Under the pieces are notes generated by a model. That model made no database searches. It was not told the DNA's origin and was given only the letters and a program-made list of their open reading frames with translations. From the NCBI GenBank assembly GCA_046563655.1, contig CM102285.1:5084001-5148000 (forward strand): a DNA stretch of 64,000 nt, read 5' to 3'. The position numbers and the translations under genes were made by a program. The stretch comes from Yuukianura sp. NJ FZ-2021. Taxonomy: Eukaryota. Below, piece after piece: positions 37,885 to 48,676 of the stretch. Each line of letters starts with the position of its first letter. The first letter of the stretch is position 1.

Positions 37885-38654
37885 AGGCCCTCCAGTGAGG
37901 ATCTCTCTCCGAGGAAGGCTACTCGAGTAGATTACCGGTATAGTATAGTTGAGAGTCCTACCTGAGATCGAGGGTTTGGTTGTTGTGAATAAAGATCATC
38001 GGGTTGGTCTATTCTGAGTTGTCTTGAGAGTTATTGTCCATTATCACGGGTTACTGAGCCAGGCCGTTCGGTATGTGGGACGACGATGCTCTCCAGGAGC
38101 CGACATCGACGTGTGAGAAGGCACCTACGAGATGGATTCCCACATATAAGGTCCTATTCGAACCGGATTCTACTATTTTTTTTCAGATCTGGACACAAGG
38201 TAGTACCATTTCATAACTAAATGTGTCCAAGGCACGTAGGCCGGGGGGACTAGAGCTTTGGCTCTATCCTACTAACACCTTGGACGGGCGCGGGTTCGAG
38301 TCCCGGCGTCGCCGACACGAAAGTCGTTTTCCAGAAATGGTTTTTCCACTTTCCTAGCCCAGATGGGGTGTTCGGATGATAGGTCAGTTTGGGGGGTTAT
38401 AGGTGCGTGTGAAGAGGTCAGTAGTAGCAGTTGTGGAGGGGGGTCGTGGGCCGGTATGGGTACGATGCTGCTCCTGTCACTTGCCTGGAGCTGTGATATG
38501 TGGTAGGGCCCTAGCCCGTTCAGCTCTAGCAGAAAGCCTTTTGTCCTTCCCTCAGAACCTCTTTCCAACTATCTGACTGTACCACCGCCCCACCCCATAG
38601 GACCTCAACCCAACCCAAAAATTCCCTAACCCTTGTTGATAGAGCATATGCTAA
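37885..38654 (+). repeat. Direct duplicate of 26436-27205 (partial LTR, PBS and SINE lacking its tail)
   Basis: Colinear at a constant offset of 11449 with scattered substitutions. The same spurious 98-aa ORF appears in both copies. Confidence 0.95.
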
Positions 38655-39678
38655 AGAAGGGCATATACGAAAAGAAGATTCGACAATTTGAAGTCGGTGA
38701 AATCGTCATTGTGGAATTGGACAAAGTGAAAAAGATTCAGTGGCTAATGGCGAAGATTGTCGAGTTGATTCCTGGTAATAACGGGGAAATTCGTGTCGCA
38801 AAAGTCCGGACCAAGACTGGAATTCTGACTCGTCCAATTCAACATTTAGTGCCATTGGAAGTGAGGAGGGAAGAGCTACCAGTTGAAGAAGCTGATCCGG
38901 AGAAAGCCGGAGATGTTCGTGAGCCGATTGGTGAGAAGAAGGAAGTCGGAGATGCTCGTAGGTCGACTGGAAAGCAGAAGCGAAAATGTGAGATGACCAT
39001 TGAATACGCTGAAGATGAAGCAGACGACACTCAAGTTGAAGTACCGGTTGTGACTAAATCTGGACGTACTGTGAAGAAACCGGAACGCTTCGGAATTTGA
39101 GAAGACATCGGAACGGATTCGGATAAGTTTTAGTTATACGATTTCCGATTTAATTCTTAGTTTTAAGGTTTTTTCGATTTAAATTTTAGATGTAAGTTTT
39201 TCCGATTTAATTGGATTAGATTTACTCTAGATTTAAGATTTTCTGATTTAAGGTTTAGAATTAAGGATTGTCAGTTTTAATTTTTTACTTCGGTTAATTT
39301 TAGCTTTAAAATTTCATTTGTTTCAATTTTGATTTCATAGATTTATTGAAGTTTCCTTTCTACTAGCGGTCGAAAGGAAAAGTGGGAATAATGTTGGAAA
39401 TAAGGCCATTTTTTCATTTTGAGTATATTTTGGGAATTTGAGAAAACGGCGCTGAATATATTTGAACAGGGATAGCGTCCGTTTCCTTTTCGACTGTTGG
39501 TAGAAAAAAGAGGGAATTTGAGTTTTTTAGTAGTAAGTACTTGAAAAGAGATCCGATAAGAATAAAGGAATTTTGGCTCTAATTAGGTTCTTGATTTGGT
39601 TAATTGATTTGATTGATTTGAAAGTAAATAAACATAAAAAGAATCAAAGAGCAGTCAGACTTTCAGTTTTCACTTGTC
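38655..39678 (+). mobile_element. BEL/Pao 3' end: pol C-terminus (DUF5641-like), 3' UTR, polypurine tract and start of 3' LTR
   Basis: FEVGEIVIV...WLMAKIVELIPGNNGEIRVAKVRT..G.LTRPIQHLVPLE...TKSGRTVKKPER. PPT GAAAGGAAAAGTGGGAATAA, then TGTT at 39392. The right end is approximate. Confidence 0.88.
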
Positions 39679-40329
39679 AAAGGTTAAAGTATCCGTAATT
39701 AAATAGCCACTGATAAACGGGTAGTTGATCTGTGCATAAGTTGAAATTGGCTCGTTTATTCAACAGTGGTTGTCGAATTTCTTCGTGGAGGATGTTGGCT
39801 AAAGGGAAATAAAAGTATGAATTAGTTGAAAGCAATTTAACAAAGATAATTATTAATACCAACTGAGTGAGATTAGCATGTGCATGATATACCTTCACGT
39901 CATTCTCGATTGACCTAATTGTCTCCATAATATCTTTGTAAATCATCAGCGTGTCGCATTCTACTCTCATAGAGTGATTCATCACCGACTGCATCTCCTT
40001 TATGCATTTTTCAAAAAGTGTTGTTGAGCCAATTAGTTGCTTAGGAATTCGAATGCGAAATACCATAGGCATTGAAGCTCCGTACGGTACAGGATAAACC
40101 TGAAACATAGAAGTTGATAATTTCAATAACTGAAATCATAGTAAGCACGTAAATGAAAATAATCAGTTAAAAGTCACATAAATCAGTTAAAAAGAATCAG
40201 CTAAGCAACTATTACCTGCTTTAGCCATGTTCCATCAACAACTTTGATGTTTGCGCTGCGTGAGGCTTCGCAGAATACCAAAATCCAGAAGAAAAGTAAA
40301 AACTTCATGTCTCTGGAGTACTTTGACAT
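39677..40329 (-). CDS. Orphan secreted-protein gene, three exons, apparently truncated by the LTR
   Basis: MKFLLFFWILVFCEASRS is signal-peptide-like. GT-AG exons at about 40329-40216, 40100-39860 and 39800-39677. Confidence 0.5.
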
Positions 40330-40718
40330 GTTGTGTATGTTGATCTCGCTGCTGCTAGAAACCAACTGAGATGTCGGGCGTCTTACCGTCAGTTAGGAAG
40401 AACTAGCGCGAAGGGTAGTAAAAGCGTCTCCCGAGGTGCGTCGTCCAATCAGAGACCAGGCGTCTGAATTTGAAGTGGTGTGATCAATGTGTCATATCCA
40501 AGCACCTACTTCGGAGCAGGTGGAGAAACAGAGGCTGGTTAGTCATCGTAGAAATTGGACGCTGGACTAAAAACCATTTTGGAAACCTGGCAACAGAAAT
40601 AGTTTTAAAGCGTACTTAAGTGCTTCTTATCTAATGTTCCATTTCTCGAGGTTGTGTTAAAAGTTAAAAGGTTAAAACAAAATGGAGGATGTTACTAAGG
40701 TCTACGGTGATTTAAAAC

Positions 40719-42086
40719 ATGAGTCATCGTCTACGATGCTACGGATTCCAAGCGTTTATTTATACAACAGCCACTTACTCTGATGAACGACTGGAAGCTG
40801 GTAATTGGGAATCAGAAAAAATTATTTAAATCCCAAATGAAATATAAAAATATGAAAGTATGAATTAATTTATAGACGCTAAAAATTCGACCATACCAAC
40901 ATTTCTGCTGTTTGCACCTGAAGTTTTCCAAATGAGCAACGCTTTGCCAACCATTTTCAAGAAGTTTAACCCAAAACTATTTATAGTAGATGAGGTTCAT
41001 GTTGTCAGTAGTTGGCATGAAAACGCATTTCAATTACGGTTTGCTAATTTGCAAAGAAACTTATGCTATTTATCTTAAATTTATGTTATTGCATTACAGG
41101 GGATGCAGCTATGACAAAAATCCACCTTTCCGTAAATCTTACTCTGCTCTGTCAACGTTGCGTAGCTTTACAAACGTACCCGTGATATGCCTGACTGCAA
41201 CGACGACCTCAGCCATGCTCAAATGCGTCAAAGAAAAATGTAGCTTGATAAACGAGAAGCTGGCAATAATCACAAGGAATCCGGACAGGTGAATAAGGCT
41301 AAGTGATAGAAAAATTTGCAATTTTTAAATCTTTGAATGATTTCAGTCCAAACATCTATCTGCGATGCATAGAAGGGAAAAAAGATTACGAAAATCTACG
41401 CTTAGGTTTCGTGTGGTTTCGTGTTTCTAAAACGTTAATTTTTTGTGACTCCTACGTTGAGGTTAGGTCATCGCAATTTTCTACTTTTTTGGGAAAATTT
41501 GGATGAAGAAGATAGAGTTGTAACAAGAGGACAAGCTAAGCATTACCGTTTCCTGATGTATAGTGGGTCGATCGACGCAGCATCGAAGGAGATAATTATG
41601 TCTTGTCTTCTTTTAGGGAAACAGAATGCGAAATCCTGATTTCAACAATTTCCTTCGGAATGGGAATAGATATTCCTGACATACGAAGAGTTATGCTTTG
41701 GGGACTTGCTTTAGATGCTCTCGCATCCTGGCAGGTATGAAATAACTAGGTAAATAGAGAAGCCAGATTAACTTTAAGAACTTAAGCCTAATTTCCCAAA
41801 TTCTGCCTAGGAAATTGGAAGGGCAGGAAGGAATTCGGAAGCAGCAGTTGCAATAATTTACACATTCAGAACGCGTGCATACTATCTTCGGAAATCAACA
41901 TTTCACCTACAATCGGCAGGGTGTTATAGGTCATCAATCTTGAGAATTTTTTTTAATTACGACAAAGCTCAAGCAGAAGCAAGAGTTCGTTGCGATAAGT
42001 TATGTGGCATTGAATGTCAGTGCAATTTTTGCACATGCTGTGACGTTTGTAGCAGCGCATGCTTGTGCAAACGTATGCTTATGTGA
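40719..42086 (+). pseudogene. RecQ-like superfamily-2 helicase with introns, AcademH-type architecture, frameshifted
   Basis: IVDEVHVVSSWG..FRKSY..L..LR, CLTAT, NPDRPNI, TLIFC, STISFGMGIDIPDIRRV, QEIGRAGR and a C-terminal CYR..IL..F...CCDVC...CLC. Walker A region degenerate. At least two frameshifts. Confidence 0.9.
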
Positions 42087-42734
42087 GGAAGTATGTGGAA
42101 TATAATGAGTTTACAGACTTGGCGGCGCGTTAGTTGGTCAATATATGCAACAAGTCATTATGAAAAATAATTATATTAAACCATTCATGTTGTATATTTT
42201 CAAAATTATAAAAGGCTTGATTTTAAAATTAAGTAGTAATGAAAATGATGTGTCTATTACAAGTAGTAATCTAGTATCAGCTAGTAGCGCACGAGATGGG
42301 ACTTTCAATCTCAGGTCTACTAGCTGATAGTTAGTTTTTTGTGGGGTGTGGTTATGTTGACAAAACGAGATGCTTTCGCACTCTAGGTCAGTAGGAATCA
42401 AGTGCATCCCCCACTTTTCGCCACTCTAGGTCAGTGGGAATCAGATGCATCCCCAACAAAACTGTTGGTGGTCAGTGTTCTGAGTCAACAAAAAAAACTT
42501 TGCATACAAAAAGTTGAACCATAAGTTCTCTAAGAACTGTTGCAGATTCACACTGAATGTGGGTCAAATGAAAACCCCTGCCCTCCCCTCCTCCCATATC
42601 CAAATGAAAGAATTTTGTTTAAAGATGTTTTTTTTTTGAAAATTTCGATTTTTGAATTGTTTAAAAAAAACTGCAGAAAATTGTTTTTTTTTTGCGGGAT
42701 TTATTTCGGAGTATTTTTCGATATTTTTTGGAAG

Positions 42735-43975
42735 TCACTGAATGCTTCTTTCAGTTCAGCCAGTAGTTTCCGAAGTTGTCGTTTTTTGTCGTGTAGAGAT
42801 GGTACTTTCACTGTCGATGCTTCTGTAACTTCACTTTCTGGTAAGTCGTGGAGGAACATTGCTGGAGTAATTGACACAAAGTCATCTTGATCCTCGGTGA
42901 CGTACGTAAGTGGACGGTGATTCACAGCTGATTCCACTTCACATAAAGCAGCCTCTAACTGAACGTACGTCAATTTGGCGAATCCCAGCATCCTACGAAG
43001 CAAGTCCTTGACACTTCTGACAAGACGTTCCCACCATCCTCCCCACCATGGTGCAGATGGAGGGTTAAACACCCACTTCACACGATGAACTTGAGTTTTC
43101 TTTTCAACTGACTCCCAGTTGATGCCTTTGGACAAGTTGACTGCTCCGACGAAGTTGGTGCCGTTGTCAGTGTAAACGATGATTGGTCTCTGTCGTCTCT
43201 TGATGAATCTAATAAAAGACAAAATAAAGTCTTCCGTTGACAGAGATTCAACTAACTCCAAATGAATTGTTCTGTACACCGCCCAAGTAAACAACACAAT
43301 GTACACTTTGTCTTTGTTTTTAAGTGTCAATGGGCCTGCCAGGTCAATTCCAGTGACCTCAAATGCTTTTGCATCCCTCACTCTTGGTTCCGTTAGTGGA
43401 CAGATTCTGGTTTCGCTGTAGAGCCCCGGTTTTCCCCCTTTAGGTTAGGGTCAATTGCCCCTTGAGGTTAGGGTGTGGCCCTAGATTCGTTTAGGTTAGT
43501 GTAGTTAGGGTTAGCGGTTAGTCTTAGCGTTAGTTGAGATTTGGTTTAGCGCTTAGCGCGAGTTTTGAGTAGAGTTAGCGTGGTAGAGGAGAGTCAGGAG
43601 AGTATTGAGACTAGTTGTGCTAGTCAGTCGGTGTTTGGTGTCTGTCTCAGCATGAGCTGAAGACTTTGTATCTTTTGTACAAATAAATATATTTTATATT
43701 TATTTGTCTTCGTGTCTTTGTGTTGTCTTCGTGTTGTTTCATTGGTGTTCTTTGGTTCCTCAGTTCGTTGCATGAGTCCGGCAGTGCTCGGATCGTTTGT
43801 CTGAGGCCATTTTTGGCAGTTTGCGTAGCACGAGGTGCTACATCGCCTTTCCTTCCGTCAAACCTGTTACACCTGACCCACTTCCGGACGACTTTCTTGA
43901 TGGCTCTGCGACTTTGCACAATCCAAAACTTCTCTCTGAGTTTAGCCATCATCAGCTGAGTCCCACCGCGAGAAT
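42735..43975 (-). mobile_element. BEL/Pao integrase fragment (zinc finger and DDE core), interrupted by a solo LTR
   Basis: LREKFWI...IKKVVRKWVRC, FEVTGIDLAGP, IHLELVESLST..F...RFI.RR, YTDNGTNF, APWWGGWWERLV and NHRPLTY...TPAMFL. Confidence 0.93.
43417..43842. mobile_element. Solo LTR (Gypsy-like by TSD length)
   Basis: TGTAG...CTACA termini, internal AATAAA, 4-bp TSD TCGC. Removing it restores the integrase frame ...GRKGETRICPL... Confidence 0.88.
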
Positions 43976-44325
43976 TGAGTTCATGGGTCTATGAATGTGA
44001 GGCTTGGATCTCCTCTTACACCGGCAGAATTTTTTTATTACCTGTGATTACCAGTGATCGGCAGGAAATTCACCTTTCAAAATCACCGGCGCTAACCTGT
44101 TCCCCGCTCCACTCATCCGCTCAAGGATTGGATTCCAGTTTGCAAATATAAAGTGATTGAGCGCAAAAATAAAAATAGCAAAACTGAAACGAAGTGGTGC
44201 AATAATTATTTTATCCAAATTTTAAAAAACTTAAAACGAGAAAAGTCTAAATATTAAAAACTTATTGTTGTCCAATAGAAATGTACAATATTGCAAGGAA
44301 GTAATAAATACAGTGGTCCACCTTC

Positions 44326-44776
44326 TTAGTCCACATCGGTGTGACTGGTTACAGTTTGTCTCTTTTCAGAACGGCCTTTTGTTTCTGTTATGTAGTAGTT
44401 GATGTCAAGCACAGGAATATGTCCCTCCTGCAATGGATCGCAAAACATGAGTTCAATAACCTTTCTGCCAACACTGGTTGTTTGGGCAGTTTCTCCTTCA
44501 GTGAAAGTGGAGGTGAAAGCAGCTTTCAAAGTCAAGTCTAACTCGTCAATGGCTTTCTCAAGGGAATTTGTAGCTTCTTTCACTTGCATGTTCCAGAAAT
44601 AAGTTTCCGCAGGGTCGGTGGATCTCCTGTGTCGTTGTACGTCTTTGTTCACTGACACCATCGTGTTTTTGGGATTAACGTTCACTTTTCTATCACTTGG
44701 TATGATAGGAAACGTCTCAATGAAACAGTCATATGCCACAAGGTAAAAGACAAAAAAAAACTTTGAACCTACTCAT
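44326..44776 (-). CDS. Orphan putative secreted precursor with basic cleavage sites
   Basis: Removing one T from a T9 run gives MSRFKVFFVFYLVAYDCFIETFP (signal-like). The body carries RHRR|S and KR|Q. Confidence 0.4.
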
Positions 44777-45049
44777 GTTAAAATATTAGCAATTGTGTGA
44801 AGTTGTAACAGTTTTGTTAAAAAACTAGAGACTTAGCATTTGCAATTGTTTACAGTTACTCTAGTATTACTGTACCTAACTGTACGCTGTAGTCAACGGC
44901 CAGACACCAACCGAAGAGTTTGTTTTCGTTCATTCGAGAATAGCATTGACGTGAATCGTGAAGTTCTTCTATAAATTTCAAAAGTTTTACTGAGATAATC
45001 ATAAACCAGATTAAATGATAAATTTCTGAGTTTTCACCAATGCCGTACC

Positions 45050-48033
45050 AAGATAGAGTAAATCCACTTCTAAAATGTAACCAACGTCATCGTCAGGTTC
45101 AATGTCATCAAGCTTGAACTTCTCAACTAGTTCTAAAGCAAGTCAGACGATTAATGTATAATTTTAATTGAAATTTTGACTGTGTTACCATTACCTTTAT
45201 TTAAAAACAGAAAGTCTCCAACCGGAAGTCTGCTTTCCATGGCTTTTCCGTAAAGATTTACCATGTCCCAAAACACAATGAACAGTTGAGCTGGGTCGTC
45301 AGGCCAACCGTTGTAGTTGCTCATATATTTATTGCGAGCTTCTGCATAGCGATGTGAAATTTGTGAATTTCCTCCTAAATCATATGAGTATTATATTAGA
45401 ATTAGGTTATATACATATGAAGAAAATGTTGCGTCAATTACTAATTATCGTAACAATCATTAATTGGTTAATACCTCTCATTCCCGTTTCCAGAAATATA
45501 TACATGTCAATGTCAGCTATGAGTTTCAGCTTTACGTTTGACATTTTCAGAGCTGCATCCCAAGCGAGTCCAGGTAATGAGTAGTAATGAGCCGGGTCGA
45601 GCTTAAAATTCTTCATTGCCATGACACGAAACTCTTCAAATACGCAGGCAAGTAATAAGGCGTCACTTAGTAGGTAGAGATCATGATACTCTCCTAAAGA
45701 TTTAAGTCCAAAAGTTTTCCAAACATGAAGAGCATATTCATAGTCTTCCTCTGTAATGTGGCTCTTGGTAAGCGTGTTATAGAACTTTGACTTGGCAGGC
45801 AGCTGTGGCTCGTCAAATCGCTGCCATGAATCGAGGTAGTCGTATGGGTACACACCTTTTCTTTGAAGCAGTCCAAATTTGCTTCCAAACACCTGTCTCA
45901 AGATATCAAATCCCCCTTCACCGTTCTTTTTCAAATTGCTCACAAGTTCATTTAAGGAAGAGTTCATAAACTGGAGACTATCTATGAATCGTAATGATTC
46001 AACCGTTACTGCCATATACTTCTCCATGTTAGTTGGGATAACCGAAATTTTTTTCCTTCGCACGTCATTCAATCCCTTGATAATTAAGTGATGATCATAT
46101 CCACGTAGATTGTGCATCTAAAAATATAAAAAGTGTTTTTAGAATTATGAACAAGTATTCTGTGAAGAATGGAGATTAATTAATCATGTCTAGTACCACA
46201 ACAGGTAAAATCAGTTTCTGTTGAAATTGTAGATTACAACTCTGATGCGCGGCACCACGATAAGATCCTAATAAGAAGAAATAATGAATTTCTGTTGTGT
46301 CAGGTTCATGTTGTTCAAAATTAAATTCTAATACCTGTTAAATGACAGTGATCCCTGCATTTGATGTCATTGTTGCCGTCAAACCCTTTATTACAAATGT
46401 GGCAGGTTTTACTGCTTTGAAACATTTCTTCTTCGCCATCCTCCATTTTAAGTGGGACTTTCAGATTGTATATTTCCATTACATTACTTGCTATTTGTAA
46501 GCAATCTTCAAGAAATATTTCAATGCAATTGTTCCCTCTGTATACACGGTACGTAACCAACTCTCCGGTGGACTTCATTAATACGTAGGCGAATCCGGAT
46601 GGAATGTGACGTTTTTTCTTTTTTGACAGCAAACGATTTGAGGGAGTCCGAATTGGTTTTAAAATGGACTCCAAATCAGCATAGAGCACATAACCAGCCT
46701 TCATTTGATTCGAAAAATTTTCAAAACGCATCACTGGGGGACTACCGTCTTCATTTTCGGGCATTTTGATCCTTTGGAATCCAAACTTCTCGCAATCAAC
46801 ACGATGCTGGTTTAGTATGCACATTCTTTGGCAATTTTGCGTTTTGCAACTTTTTGGACATTGCTTAATTCTGTGTAAACAATTGTAACACAAGTGACGT
46901 CTTCTGCAGTTTTTTTTCCCTAACAATTTGCTAAGGTTCCTAATCCCAACAAAGTGTGAAGCATTAGATTTTTTGTCCCTCAGAAGCAGTAAATTTGCAG
47001 TTTGTGAGCTGGAGTAATTTTTTTGTGAAATCCGTACTGGCAAGATGCCATCGAAACTATTGTGCTCAAAAACATTCACTGCAACATCATTGTTGTCTTC
47101 AAATTTGCAAATCTGATTTAATGAAACTGGGTACTCAACGCATCCAAAGTCATGAAGGTGTACGAATTGCTGATAAACTGCAGCACGGTATGTCTCTTTA
47201 GATGGACGATACAGTGAACTGGGAATAGCCCATTTGAAACAGAGATTACCCCTGGTCTTAATATTCACCGTGGCTTTTTTGGACTCCAAGTCTTTCGGAA
47301 GCTTCTTCCAGCTACCTCCAGTGAATGGTTTAAATTTTCCAACTCGGATGTCTGCACCAGAAATATTTGATAACTGCCATCCAGAGCCGTAGACTTCGAA
47401 AATATTTATGGATTGTTCAATTTTTGAAACGCAAAGTTTCATGAAGCGCTGTAAACTTTCTTTTGGGTTCAACACATTCAACATATTTGAGTTGACCATT
47501 TTTTCCTGATATTCAAAAATCTCGCTTTCATCTTTTGAATTGCACAAATATCGTTTAAACTTCACTTTCACCGATAGCTGACATTTTAAAGTTTTCAAAT
47601 CCTTCAAGCATAACCCTAGTATGTTCTGAATTTGAGTTCCAAACTTAAAAATGTACAGATTGAGATTGGAAACAGGTTTCCGTAGACGATGCCGATACGT
47701 CCGTACGTATCCTCTAAATGCCTGGATTTGCTTAAAGGGAAGTACACTTCTGCCAGAAACTGCCCCACCAACCTGAAGACGTCGACTTACAATCTTGGCA
47801 ATTTGAGAGTGCACAACTTGAGGATGCGCAATCGCAGAATGGTTTTCCAGAAGCAAATGCGAATCAAACCTTTTCCTACACAGTGTACACTTGTAAGTTG
47901 GAAGTTCACGCACACTGCGGTTTCTAGCGCACTTGCGTCGGCAGTTTGAAACGTGTCTGAGATATTCACGCTTACAAAGCTTCCGCTTACCACAGACACC
48001 ACACCTTGTCGACTTTGGATGAATGTCTTCCAT
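45050..48033 (-). pseudogene. Protein-primed family-B DNA polymerase (Polinton/Maverick-type), spliced and 3'-truncated
   Basis: Exons 48033-46335, 46267-46197, 46117-45475, 45374-45195 and about 45140-45050. Two N-terminal zinc fingers, GSGW, NLCFKWAI...SHF, ExoI YADLES, endonuclease-VII-like CHIC...RDHCHLTGSYRGAAHQSCN, ExoII HNLRGYD, FIDS, RKGVYPYDY, ExoIII YLLSD, MRGG, motif A WDMVNLYGKAM, GYILEVDL. Motifs B and C absent. Confidence 0.92.
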
Positions 48034-48676
48034 TTAAAAAAAATCAACTTCGAAGTTAACTAATTAAAAGGCTTACTTATTCCTCCTTTGGAGTTAAATA
48101 TGAAATATAAGTTGATATTATTCAAGGCAGATGGCGCTGAGTATCACTCTACTTTACTTTTCTATAAATTAATTTACTTCAGAACTAATTTCTTTAAACT
48201 TTTTAGTAAATACAATAACGATAGCACACTAATATGGCACAAAATAAGGCACTCACAAGGCATAAGGGACTGCTTCAGTACGAAAAAAAACTTTCAGTAA
48301 AAAGGGCCCTTGAAATCTCTTAGAAACTTAAATTAATGCCCTTGAATATCACTTTACTTGAAACTGCTCTTCTGATTTTATTTCATGAAACTCAAACCTT
48401 ACATTTTTCGCTGACTCAGGTAAAACAAAGTCTAACTTCATGCAAGATTTTGTAACTTCACAAGACCCTGCATTTTTTTTTAATTTAGATGAAGCAGTTT
48501 CCCAAAGTTTCCGCTGATTTTACATTTAAAAATTATAATCAATAATTATTTTCCCACGGTTAGTAGATCTAGGTTTAATTTCAGTTCTAAGAACCTCCAA
48601 ACTTTCAGTCGATGACTACCGTTCAAGTAACAAACAGCCTTTCTACACCAACAACTACTAAACATAGTTCTACAAA

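Noticed and set aside
44904..44922. TAGTCAACGGCCAGAC as a possible Academ-like terminus next to the polB truncation
   Set aside because: No matching inverted partner or TSD found in the window.
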